Source: Octopus bimaculoides
Lineage: Eukaryota
NCBI RefSeq assembly: GCF_001194135.2
Contig: NC_068985.1
Coordinates: 51,021,821 to 51,078,942, forward strand
Direction: 5' to 3'
Length of the DNA: 57,122 nucleotides
Below the pieces are notes generated by a model that was given only the letters and a program-made list of their open reading frames with translations, was not told where the DNA came from and did not search any database. Each line of letters begins with the position of its first letter. The first letter of the stretch is position 1. Of the stretch, positions 25,025-37,586 are shown piece by piece. The translations under genes were made by a program, and so were the position numbers.

Positions 25025-27217
25025 CTGAAATATAGTTTGTCATTTATCAAGACATGAATATCTGGTAAAGAAATCACAGCAAACTTGTTCTCTTTTAAAA
25101 TAACTCTACAAATAACACCTTCATTGTGAAATATTTCCAAAATTAAAAGTGAACAAGAAATTGTATACCTTTCTTTTTTTTATATGGAATAGACAAACAC
25201 ATTTCTAAACATGCTAATCATTTGAAGACATATAGGTTTGAGTGCAAAATGTCAAAGTTAATTTCATTGGGGATTTAGATTTTTAGATATATGAGAAACT
25301 TGTATGTGATGCTATTTGTATGTGAGAATAATTTTCTCATAAATAGAGATTTACAGCACTCCAAAAGTCTTTTTGTATATCAAAACAAACTATTTTTAAT
25401 TTCTGGTCTACCATATTTAACCATCTATTCATTCTTTATGCATTGTACCCAATCCAATATTAATTTAAATCAATTTTAAACTAAACTATTTTTACTCAGC
25501 TCTTATAAAGGAAAGTCTTAAGTTCTTTACCCCTCAAGTAGATGTTGAACTATAAGATAGATAGTGTCCTTCATCTTCCCACCATCCCTCACATAGTAGT
25601 GAACACCTTTTACAGTAAGAATGTACCCAATTATGATATTACAATTCTTATTTATTCCCAAGAATATCTCTTCAAAAGCTTTTATGTATGCGTATACTGT
25701 TTCATTTTGTAGTTGTTTTTTTTTAAAGTCCATTAGAATGCATTATGATTTTATAACATGAAAGTCAATGGGAAAATTAATTTTGGCTGCAAGATTTTGT
25801 ATTACAAATTTTTTAGGAACACATTACTTTTGTAATGTGATTCATGCACTTTGCTCAAAGACATATGTCTACTGATCCATGAATTGAACCCATGACATCA
25901 GGATCATAACATCCTAACTGATATGTTAAAATATTTTATGTTTCACTTTTCCCGAAACAAATATAGGGCTTCCATCAGTAAAGACCGACTATGCATCTGA
26001 CATGTATGCACAGGCCAGGACAAGATTTTACAGTTGAAGGTGGTGACCCAGCATGGGTTGAGGGAATCCTTACTCCAAGATTTCAAACAAATTGGAGCTG
26101 ATTTGTGAAGTAGTGGATGAAAAAAAAATGTACACCAATATGCATGCATTCATGCAAGTCCTGGTAATTAAATGCATGCAATGTTAAAAATCAGTCATAT
26201 GGTTGAAGCAGGGCACAGTACATACAGCATGTATGTATCCTCTTTCTGCATAACAGTAATGTTTTTCCAAAGGAAAGGACATTGACTAAAATCAATACAT
26301 CTTGGCCTCATTGTCAGTGCATGGTATTATTGTGTGAACAGGAATTGGAACAGATAACACAAAGCATCTTGCCAAACCCTTAAACAGTTCTGCCAATATG
26401 TAGCCTTAGTACCATTTTATCAACTCAAAGAGTGGAAGAAAGTTGACCATGGCAGGTCATCTCAGAGCACAGAGATGATTCAACCTAGATACAGTTTTAT
26501 CTAAAGCAGAGAAGACTGCAGTTAAAAAAGAAAAAGAAACCAACATGCAAGCAGTGAGCTAGGTAGGAAACCAGTGACAATCACCAGGTATTTTACAGTT
26601 ACATTATAATTTTATAGTTAGTCTGATTATAGATGGACATCCTAATACATATGAAACCATGTCTGTATGTATGTGTGTGCTGTGTATTAGATCTAAGTTC
26701 AATCATTGTTTTATCATTAATTTTTCCATGCTTGCACGAGTCATATGAAATTTGTTGAAGCAAACTTTTATGGCCAGATGTTTTTCCCGATACCAACTCT
26801 CACCTACTTCCAAGCAAAATAATACTTTATCTAGTCCTTTGAATATGAACAAGAGAATTGCTGGCCATGTTTTCACTGAAGATTGCAAATAAATGACAGT
26901 GCTTGTCTGACACTATGCTTGTTTATAAAAAGTGCATAATATAAAAACAAGGAGATATGAACACACATATATAACCACATCTTATATCAAATCCATCTTT
27001 GGCTAACCTGGGACTATAGTAGATGCTTGCCAAGGCACCATTCAGTGGGACTGAACTCAAAATCACATGGCTGTGAAGTTATCTCCTTAACCATACAGTC
27101 ATCCCTGTGCCTATATAATAACCTACATAATGCAAGATCTTACTGCTAGTGTTATAGAAAATGTACTTTTGGTAGTTTTAACAAAATTTGCTTAATTTAA
27201 AAAAAAAAAAGAATTAC

Positions 27218-27343
27218 CATTCCAAGAATGTGCCAAGATTCTTCATAATAACTGTTGCATTTTTCAAGGCTTATTTTACCATTTACACATGAAGGACGAT
27301 GATTTCTACCAGCAATTTCATTAAAAGCAATTCTTTCTTCCTC
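27218..27343 (-). CDS. EEF2K: eEF2K coding exon 7 (EEERIAFNEIAGRNHRPSCVNGK...SWHILGM)
   Basis: Homology to HLPRASAV...SILGK. ctgcag acceptor, GTAATT donor; 126 nt. Confidence 0.88.
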
Positions 27344-27710
27344 CTGCAGAAAAATTAATAAGAAATAAAACAATGCTGCTTGAAATCTGGACATAAATGT
27401 ACAATCAACAACATTACTTAGTATAAAGAGAGTTCATTCAAATCACAATATATCTGCAATTCTGCTTCTTGATACTTTGGCTGCTAAATGATTAAAGTAG
27501 TGAGCCCTATGAAAGGACTTAAGACACTCCTGAAAATGTTGTATTTATATAGAGCATCTAGACTATGTGAGATTGGTAAAGTCCACGCTAATTAACTAAA
27601 ACTTATTACCAGACTGTACAAATATAAATTGTTACAGTAAAGTAGAATGAGTTTGATTATATATTTGTTCATTTAGGGTTAACCTGGAGTTACAGCAATA
27701 ATTAATTGGT

Positions 27711-28483
27711 AAGCATGATCTTCGAACTTTGAGCCTCACAAAGGCAATGACTGGTGACCAAGACCTTTGGCGATGTGCTGTGCTTGAGAAGACCCATTAA
27801 GCCAAGTGCACCCATGCTGGTGGCACATAAAGAACATCTTTTGAACATTAGGCCTCACGGAGACAAAGTGGCTGAGTTCCTCTCGAGCGTTGGACCTGAC
27901 TGAGTCAAAGTGGCTGAGCTTTCAAGCATTGGACCTCACAGAGGCAAAGTGGCTGAGTTCCTTTTGAGCGTTGGACTTCACGGAGGCAAAGTGGCTGAGT
28001 TCTTTTCAAGTGCTGGGCCTCACAGAGGCAAAGTGGCTGAGTTCCTTGAGTGCTGGGCCTCAGAGGCAAAGTGGCTGAGTTCCTTTTGAGCATTGGGCCT
28101 AACAGAAGCAAAGTGGCTGAGTTCCTTCCATGTGTTGGGCCTCATGGAGGCAATGACTAAGACCTTTGGCATTATGTCATGCTTGAGAAGAAGACCCATC
28201 AAGCCAAGCAAAATCACAGTTGTGACAGATACTGGTATCATGCAAATTAGCACCAATGCCAGTGGCATGTAAACATACCCCAGTGTCGTGCAAATAGCAC
28301 CTGTGCCTGTGGCACATAAAAGCACCCATTACACTCACAGAATGGTTGGTGTTAGGAAGGGCATCCAGCTGTAGAAAACCATACCAAATCAAACTGGAGT
28401 ATGGTGCAGCCTTCCAGCATGCTAACCCAGTCAAACCATTCAACCCATGCCAGCATGGACAATGGACGTTAAATGATGATGAT
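27711..28483 (+). mobile_element. RTE LINE 3' end with an internal minisatellite
   Basis: Starts at KHDLRTL (same ORF end as ~9970). Has the UTR agggcatccagctgtagaaa and the tail ggacgttaaatgatgatgat. Confidence 0.85.
27840..28150 (+). repeat. ~40-42-bp minisatellite, 7 copies
   Basis: Unit ggcctcacggaggcaaagtggctgagttccttttgagcgttg; the core aaagtggctgag was counted 7 times. Confidence 0.9.
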
Positions 28484-28934
28484 TTGCTTATTTTCTTATC
28501 ACCCTCAGAAAATATGAAATAAATGTTCCATAGAATTCTCCTGGATGTAATGGATATGTCACAATTGTCATACCAAACAATATTGAGAAAAAAATAAATA
28601 TATAATAAATATATATATTAAAGTGAAATGTATATTTTCACAAGACAGATTTGTCACAGATAATTTTTCCATTCACTCTAGGCATAAGAATAAGTCCTGG
28701 GGTTGATTTGCTCGACTAAAGGCAGTGCTCCAGCATGGCCAGAGTATTTCCAAAGAACAATAAAAGCAGAATTCCAAATATACAGATTTTATAAAGGACA
28801 ATTTATTGAGGGTGTTGTCAGGAGTGACACTGGAAAGCACAGCTTCATTGTTATTTCTTTTTATAAATCATTCGTTTCATTAACATTCAATCTTATATTC
28901 TGTTCATTTGACATTTTACAAAACAAATACATAC

Positions 28935-29258
28935 CTCTGTCATAGAATTTTCAGATTCACTAAAATAACGCATCCGTGAAACTCTGAAACATGGAATTGG
29001 ACTACCAAAAGACATTGGCTCTTCATCATTACTTAAACTGCTGTTCAAAGGAGAATGTCTTTCATTGCTGGACAAAGGAGAATGTCTTTCATTGCTGGAC
29101 AAAGGAGAATGTCTTTCATTGCTGAAGAAAGGAGAATGCCTTCCATTACTGCTCAAAGGAGAATGCATGCCCGAACTGAAGAAATCATGGATTTCAGCAG
29201 GTGATCCACATATTACTGACTCTTCAGTACCACGAACAACAGTCATGGGAGACTCAGT
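28935..29258 (-). CDS. EEF2K: eEF2K coding exon 6 (regulatory loop: TESPMTVVRGTEESVICGSP...repeats...SESENSMTE)
   Basis: Homology to AKTILRGTEEKCGSP. ttctag acceptor, GTATGT donor; 324 nt, phase 0/0. Confidence 0.92.
29047..29167 (-). repeat. 27-bp in-frame coding tandem repeat, ~4.5 copies
   Basis: Plus-strand unit aaaggagaatgtctttcattgctggac; copies 1 and 2 are identical. Encodes (E/G)RHSPLSSN. Confidence 0.95.
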
Positions 29259-29875
29259 CTAGAAATAATAAAATATATGGAAAACAAAAAACAGAAATCA
29301 GTGCTCTACACTAATACCAATACATAATATATACTAAAATAATGAATACATATGATTGTGTATGTGAGTGTATATCTTGGATACAACTGATGATGCTTAG
29401 AAAAGCAAATGACAATGATAAACTATAACAATTTCCAGCAATTTCTAACATTATCATCATTTTATGTCTATTTCCCCAAATTGTCATGATGTGGATGGGT
29501 CTTACAGTAACTCATCATTCAACTGCAATACCCCGATACACAGCAACAGAAAAAAAAATACTGTTTTTACTATTGTTTGTTTTTTGTCATGGTTTTTATA
29601 GCTGGGTGTCCTTCCTATCACTAATATTTTACAGCATGGACAGGGTGCATTTCATCATGCCAAAAGCACAACCCCACATTGATGCCACTAACCAAAATGT
29701 AATAATGATTTTCCAAATTGGTACAAAGGCCTAAATTTCTAGATAAAGGGTGAGCTGAATTGAGTCCAGTGTATAACTGGTATGTGATTGAACACAAAAG
29801 GGTAAAACTGATGGCTTGATTTTGAACTCAAAATATAAAAGGTTGGAAATAGATATTGAATGGGTTTTATTTAGT

Positions 29876-31803
29876 ACTAGCCTAAGTACCCAATGTTGCT
29901 CGGAAGTTTAAATAATGTTAAAGGAAATAAATTTATTTATTTTGATAAAAATATATTTTTAGAAAAATTCTATCAGATGACGTGAGTATAAACAAAGTTA
30001 TTAAAACAAATCCTGAAATCAATCGCAGTTTAATTTTGTAGAACTTCTAAATATACAATGTTTTCAGCGTGTCCTTTAATTGGGGTACAAATAAAAAGAG
30101 TTTTGAGACTTCCAACTCGCAAACATCCTACATATAATTGCCCATGAGAGAAGCAAGGTTAAGTCCAACAACCTTGAGAAATTGTCCTTGAGATTTGTTT
30201 ATGGACATAGCAAATGTAGTAAGAGTTTTCACCAGGTGTGCATCTGTATGAAGACCTTTCGTTATTTAGAAACCTTACAGTTTCTTTTTCTATTGAAAAT
30301 TACATAAGTTGTGTGTAACATCGAATTTTAAGTTTTACATTAAAGTAATCCCAATTCTTCACGGAGGCTCCCTGCGACTGCGAGGGTTGCATGGGCTTAG
30401 CACCGGCCCTGCTGTAAACAAATTTATGGTTTAAGGTTACAGTTAGGGGTAGTATTTAGTGAGTATGGTGTTATTGTAAATATTTACCAAATTTTTATCC
30501 AGTCACAATTATGTTTATCAGCAACCAACCTTTGTGTGAAAGCATTGGTGTGAATGCATGAGCAACAGGATGGTACACAGAAAAGTACTTCTTACATACT
30601 TTGCAATCAATTCATTGGATTAATCCCAACAAAATACATGTTTAGTCAGTGGCTCAGCATCTATGCTTGTATCCTTCATTCCAAAATAATAAAAACTTTA
30701 ACATACTTCCAAAATGGGGCTTCATCCATATGTATCTGTGCGCATATATGTGCAGGTGTCTGTGTATGAGTTTGTAGAGGGTTAAAGCACAAGAAAAACA
30801 TTTATGGAAATGTACTCATAAAAATTCTATTAAATTATCTTTATATGCTATGTTTGCAATTCTCTATATAAATGATAGCAAAGTGTGTATCAAATGAAAT
30901 TAAAATCCTGGTTCAGTAACAGATTGATCAAGTTAGTAAAGTTTTAATGTTTTCAGTAACAACACATTTTCTCTTCTAATTAGATATTGAAAAAGAGAGA
31001 AAATGCCACCCTTTCTTTTGTAAGAGAAATCAATTTTGGCAGTAAGGATTAAACCACTTGTTTCACTATCACAATTAAAAAGCATTTATCTTTACTTAAA
31101 AAAAAAAAAAGGTGAGGGTTGTAGACGTATGATGGAGAATTATTCAATATAGTGTTTGCTTCTATCAGAATCATTTAACTTTAAAACATAAAAACAAAAC
31201 CAGTGTATACAACGGGTATGTAAAACGTTTGTTTACTTTCTCTGTTCATTCACATAAGCTGTAGAAATTATTGTGCACATGCNNNNNNNNNNNNNNNNNN
31301 NNNNNNNNNNNNNNNNNNNNNNNNNNNNNNNNNNNNNNNNNNNNNNNNNNNNNNNNNNNNNNNNNNNNNNNNNNNNNNNNNNNNNNNNNNNNNNNNNNNN
31401 NNNNNNNNNNNNNNNNNNNNNNNNNNNNNNNNNNNNNNNNNNNNNNNNNNNNNNNNNNNNNNNNNNNNNNNNNNNNNNNNNNNNNNNNNNNNNNNNNNNN
31501 NNNNNNNNNNNNNNNNNNNNNNNNNNNNNNNNNNNNNNNNNNNNNNNNNNNNNNNNNNNNNNNNNNNNNNNNNNNNNNNNNNNNNNNNNNGTTTCTTTGC
31601 ATATTAGGAATCTGTCATCAAAAACATGGGAATCTGCTAAAAAAAAAAATTGGGTCTTGGTCAGGGACTACAGCCAAAATTTGATGCCCCTAGAAACTTC
31701 CCAGAGTAGTGAAAAACCTTTGTGGCAAACTTGGTACAGATTGATCCAGCAGTTTGGCTGTGCATAGGGACACATACACACAGTGAATTTTATATATTAA
31801 GAT
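29876..31803 (+). mobile_element. Possible Helitron/Helentron-like non-autonomous element (ends only recognisable)
   Basis: Left end ACTAGcctaagtACCCaatGTTGCTCGG. Right end ...gattgatccagcagtttggctgtgcatagggacacatacacacag...ttttatatattaagat. Both resemble termini of rolling-circle-derived MITEs. Linkage of the two ends is assumed across other repeats and a gap. Confidence 0.35.
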
Positions 31804-33483
31804 AATAATACAGTTTCTGCTATTTTCAACTATTATAGTCATTTGTGTGTGGGAAGAAGGTGAATAATTGCTTGCACAAGTCCTAAATTTGTAGGGAGGG
31901 TTATAATTAGTTGAATTGATCCAAATCTTTTTTTTGTTTTTGTGGTGTTTATTTGACTAACACCAAAGAAGTGAGAGGTAATTCCAGCAAGGTTAAAATT
32001 TGGGACCCTGAGGGATAAAATTCAATACTATAAGGTAGCACTTAATCTGGTGCTTCACCATTTGTGCCACTCCAGTGATAATGGTTTCTAAGTTTGGCAC
32101 AAAGTCATATATTTTGGAGTGGAAAGGAATTAAGTCAACTGAAATGATTCCAATTTTCAATTGGAACTTCATTGAACCTTGGGAAGGACAAAAGGTAAAG
32201 TTAATCTTAATAGAATTTGAACTCATGAATGTGTAAATGGCAAAACTAAATACTGTAAATCTTTAGGCCATTGGTTCTTGGGTAGTAGCACCTCCCCAGA
32301 GGCATTGTGAGCTCATAATGGAGCACTAGATGTTTAGAGCGGGCATGAAATTTTTTTATTAATAAAATATTAAAACCAGGTATAATACATATATTTTAAA
32401 AACACATTTTCAAGAAAACCTTCGTCAGAATTAAAATATAAAAGTATAGTATTATCAGAGAGAAGAAACATGACTGGTGATCACTATAATTTCATTATCT
32501 AAAAGTCATTCTGTCAAGGTTGACTTTGCCTTTCATCCTTTCAGGGTTGATAAAATAAGTACCAGTTGAGCATGGGGGAGTCAATGTAATCAACTTCTCC
32601 CTCTCCTCAAAATTGCTGGCCTTATGCTAAAATTAGAAAAAAATATCTAAGTTCTTGTTTTCTTTAGTAATTTCAATAAAACTTTAACACAGTGAGTACT
32701 AATACATGCAAATATCAGAAAAGCTTGATCAAAATGATTTTTTAAAATTTTTGTAAAACATCATTCCATGATAGGGGGTTTTGAATTATACATAGTCAAG
32801 GACCAATGCTTCACCTCATTCTCTTCACTTTACAGCTCCAATACAGCAATGCATACTCCCTATTTTGTATATCGGAACCAAATTTAGATATGCAGTAAAG
32901 GGTTACATTGTGTTACTTGATAGGCCAGAAACTGATTAATTTGTATTCAGCTTTTACAATTTGTTTCTGTCTCTTATTTTTATTTATGAAAAGGAGAGGT
33001 AACTTTGAAGACATAACTGCCAATTCAACACCATATTGCAACAGAGTGGATTCTATTAAAGACCCAAAAGATTCAGGTGGTAGAGTTAAACCTGTCAACA
33101 GATTACGTCAACCATCTAAGAATAAAAAGAATCTATCCAACAAGCTTCTTCAGTTTTTATCTTCCTTATTTCACTCACAAAGGTTAGATCAATTCAAGGC
33201 CAAGGAAGAAAACATTTACTAAGAGTGGTAGGCAATGAAATCAAACCTGGAACTCTGTGATTGCAGAGCAATCTTCTTAACCATGTACTTGTGTCCATTT
33301 ATTGGGCCCATCATGTATTTAGTTTAAACATTATTTTGAGCACATTCTAATTTATATACACAGTCTAGTTTATTTCTTACATATTCAGTTTATTTTACAT
33401 CTTATTCATAAGTAATCACCAGTTCTGAAGAACACAATCAACAATTCTGAAGAATAAAAAAAATAGAAAAGAACTGTACACAC

Positions 33484-33744
33484 CATAATATGGACAGGCA
33501 GATTTTGAATTCTTTTCTCCTCAGATGACAAATCAAATGGTGAAAGTTTCAGAGATTTGCATATTGAATTGCAGCGGTGTGAATGAAAAAACAGTGCCAT
33601 TCCCTTTGTACCCAAATTGCCATCACCATATTCACTGCCATCAGCTGTATGTATTTGAGGATCAGTATAAAGGTCTCCAACACCCTGAATATCAACCACA
33701 ATCATTTCATGGCCAGAACGCTCAAATGTAAAATGACTGAAAGC
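33484..33744 (-). CDS. EEF2K: eEF2K coding exon 5 (alpha-kinase C-lobe: [33 protein letters not shown]...GDGNLG...[11 protein letters not shown])
   Basis: Contains DIQG, GxGNLG and the HxCxxxC zinc motif. ctccag acceptor, GTGTGT donor; 261 nt. Confidence 0.97.
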
Positions 33745-35020
33745 CTGGAGAAAAAGAAAAATAAGTGTTAATCTCTATGAACTAAATGCAAAGCCAATTT
33801 ATTCAGAGATAAAATAAGCATTATATAGATTTGTGTCATATCAAAGACATAATTTAAATTCATTATGTACTGAGACTAAATACTATAAGGCTTTTAATCT
33901 GGTATGTTACTGTTTCAGTCAAATAGCAGGCCAAATATTTACTGCTTACATTTACATCAGGCTAGAAATTTATCAAATTTAGCTAATAGATCAATCCTAG
34001 AGTGCATGATCAGAACTTATTTTGTGAAGCCCAAAGAAGATTCGAGCAAGATCTGAACTCAGGACATACAAGTAGGTTGCACAAAACACTCATGTTATTA
34101 GTCAGTACTTGACCATTTTTTGCCACTCCACCACTTTCCTAATATTGCCATCAAATAAGAAATGTGTGTTTCTTACACAAACATTCAAAATGGTCTACAG
34201 AAACCGAAAGTTAGATAAAGCAATTAAAATACAAATAATAAAATAAAATAACAAAACTGTTCTTTGTACGCAACTTGGTAGCAAATACCAAGTTATTGCT
34301 GCTTTAGCTACCTATGTAATTGTAAGCAAACACAGACACCCTTTCAGCCCTCCCATCCTTACCTAGTGGAACACTGAAGGATGTAACAACTGGAGGGACA
34401 GAGTATTGCAGCAGCACTTGGCTGGAACTTGTTTTTAGCTGAGTAAGGTGGAGCAACACAAAATAAAATGCCTTGCTCTAGGACACAATGCCCCATCGAG
34501 ACCAGGAAGTGAACCCACGAACTTATGATTGAGTCCAACATCCTAACCTCTAAGTTGGAGTGTTGGACTCCCAATACCAGATACAAACTGAAATTAAATG
34601 ATTTTAAACCGAGTAAAAAAAAAATTCCTTTGCATGACACCTTTGAATTTGTATTGTTAAAAGGCTTAATCTTTTGCTTTGACATTCTCAGGAAATTCAG
34701 AGAAACTCTGCTAGTTAATGATAAAATATATATTACACAAAACAGGAAAATACACAAGTAATCCAAAAAGGGAAGGTAAACAATAAGTTAAAAATATCTT
34801 TAAGGAAGGGCATATTTAATAGTCAACTTCCATACAAACTATAAAAGTCTATTTTTAAAAAGAAAAAATTTGGTTTGACTATTCCCAACTTTTCTGCATT
34901 TATTTATTGACAAACCTGTCAAACAAAAATAGCAACATCTTATGTATTACAGACGATGCTCATGAAAAGATATACTTAACAAGTAGCTTTCTTCATGTTA
35001 ATATTTCTAGTGAGGAAAAA

Positions 35021-35232
35021 GGTGGTGAGCTTGCAGAATCATTAGCAAGCCAAGCAAAATGCTTAGTGGCATTTTGTCCATCTTTACATTCTGAATTCAA
35101 ATGCTGCCAAGGTCAACTTTGCCTTTCATCTTTTCAGGGTCAATAAAATAAGCACCAGTTGATTACTGGGGTCAATGTAAGCAACTTAACCCCTCTCCCC
35201 CGAAATTACTGGCCTTGTGCCAAAATTTAAAA
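35021..35232 (+). mobile_element. tRNA-derived SINE (family A)
   Basis: ggtggtgagcttgcagaatcattagc...ctgaattcaaatgctgcc. Other copies ~32500-32650(+), 36630-36778(-), 44625-44775(-), 54900-55060(-). Confidence 0.8.
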
Positions 35233-37175
35233 CTGATATATCTAATAAGGAAGTGACGGTGGGGTGGATATGACAGAAACAGTAAAAGGATATACAAAAT
35301 GACATGCATTATTTAGTCGCATATCTTCATGTTCTAGGTTCAAATGCTACTGAAATTAACTTTGTCTTTCATCGTGTTGATAAAATAAATATCAGTTGAG
35401 AACTGAAGTCCATCTAATCAACTATACTCATCTTGCAAATTTGAGGCATTATGCCTTGTACAAAATCAACATTAACAATAATAAGATGGTGGATTGCTTA
35501 GTTACATCCTTTTATGTCCTGAGTTCAAATCCCCTAAGTCAGAAAATAGATAAGAGTTACATGCTGAGAGTTGATTCTACAAACTTCAACTACTGGTAGA
35601 CAGTGCAAATGAACCATAGTCATTTAAGTCTCTAGATGTGCTGATACCAAGCAATATTAAGAAAAGAAATTCAGTTTGGTAGAGAGTATTAGGTGAAGTC
35701 AAAAATAATATATAAATAATATTCAAGGACACAAACAAAGTTGAAATATTTTGTTAGCAAGTTAAAGTACTTAAAATTTTTCTCTTGAGAATTCTGTTGG
35801 AATTATCACACAGACCTAAACCTACATATGCAACTACCAGTTATTTCTCTTCCCTTGCCTCATTCTTTATCAAAGTAACTTTACTAAATCAATTTAAATT
35901 GCTTCATACAAACTAGCCTACCTCCATTTTGTGTCACCGTTGTTCTTGTTACAATTTAAAATATATACATATTTAGTTTTGCTATTCTATTTATGAAGGC
36001 AGTGCTTTGGAATGGTAACAGTTCAATAACTCAAACCAGTGAAAGAATATATACTCTCTAAAATGTCTCAAACAAAACAACAATGGAATTTCAGAAATAA
36101 AACATACCTTATTAAATAAGAGACACTTCAGAATGCATACAGTAAAAAGAAAAAATTATTTACTCGATTAACAAACCTCATCTTACTGCAGGTTTTCAGA
36201 CACTGTCTTCTGGTGTTTTCAGTCATTTTGACAAATATTATAACATTTTACTCTTCAACATTGCCTGTTTTATCCAAATTACTTGAGTTTTACACTACCC
36301 CTGCTCTTCTCCCATATTTTTAAAAAGTGTATTCCCAATCCATCAAAGGATCTCATTCCTACCTTCAATCTTTCAATCAAACACTGCCCTTTTATCACTT
36401 TAAAAAATCAAAACAACTACACTGATTGTACTATCTGAGAGCTACAATTTGCTAAATTGATAGAATGTTAGGCTGTGAAGAACAGTATATATTGCCTTGG
36501 ATGCACAATTCCTGGTGGAGTTGTAGGGATGCTATCTTGACATATGGCATATATTGGTCCCTTTAAACTGAGTAAATTCCATAGCTCTCTAGGTCTTACT
36601 ACAGCTTACTTCTTCCAGAAAGACTGATCGAATATAGAAATGGGCAGTAGTTTACTGACCACAAAAGATTAAAGGCAAAGTTAACCGTGGCAGTATTTGA
36701 ACTCAGTGTGTAGAAAACTAGAACAAATATCACAAGGCATCTGTCCAATACTCTGATGACTGCCAATTCACCACCTAAAATAGCTCATATTTTATTCCTT
36801 GAATGATGCAAGCACTTAGTGAAGTATTTTATAATTCACAAGTGTTTCATTAGTTGGAAATGAACAACTATTTCATTAGCTGGCAGTACTGAGTTCTTGT
36901 ACAGCCTGAAGAAGGCAATTCGAAACCACTCCATGTATGTTCCCTGAAATTTCTGTAGGTGCTTCATAAACAGAGTCACTGAGAATCATCCTCGATTTAC
37001 TGGTGATCCTTAATCATGCATGCTTTGAAGACTCACAATAGTGATGATAATTAGCTTTATTTTCACATACAATAAAAAATAAATATGATCAAAAGCAAAT
37101 TTGAAATATTAATCATGACAGCTGCAACAATTCCAATATTCTAAAGATAGGAAATCTACAGAATTGAATTCTCAC

Positions 37176-37322
37176 CTGTGGGGTGGAACGTAAGTCTTCA
37201 ACAACATATCCCGAATTTGAATTATATTTGATGTAATCACCTTCGATGAAATGCTCAAGATGATAGAGAGGGTTTCCCTCACGTTCATGAAACTCAAGAA
37301 CATACATCTGGAAGATGTCTAC
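37176..37322 (-). CDS. EEF2K: eEF2K coding exon 4 (VDIFQMYVLEFHEREGNPLYHLEHFIEGDYIKYNSNSGYVVEDLRSTPQ)
   Basis: Alpha-kinase EHYIEGxYxKYNSNSG motif. ttgtag acceptor, GTGAGA donor; 147 nt. Confidence 0.97.
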
Positions 37323-37586
37323 CTACAAAATAATAAAGGTATGAAAAGAAATTTCAATTTGAAAAATTTTCTACATAAGCTGGTCGATCATTTCAGGTGT
37401 CATTATTATTGACACCTGAAAGAGAATTATGCTACTGTTTTTAAGACATCTGAAACTCAAACTAACAAAAATAAAATATAGATATTACACTTACACATAC
37501 AACTTTAAATTATACAAATAGAAAGTTTTATTACAATAATTCTTATGAGATATGCTGACTACAGATTTTAATTTCTTTTTTTAATA

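Noticed and set aside
27840-28150. Regularly spaced repeats superficially like a CRISPR array
   Set aside because: Head-to-tail minisatellite without unique spacers, inside a LINE, in a eukaryote, with no cas genes.
36895-36960. CTGAAGA-aggcaattc-GAAAC, a hammerhead-like core
   Set aside because: No stem II pairing or stem I complement. The sequence fits equally the gaaggcaatggcaaaccactcc motif of RTE/BovB-type elements.
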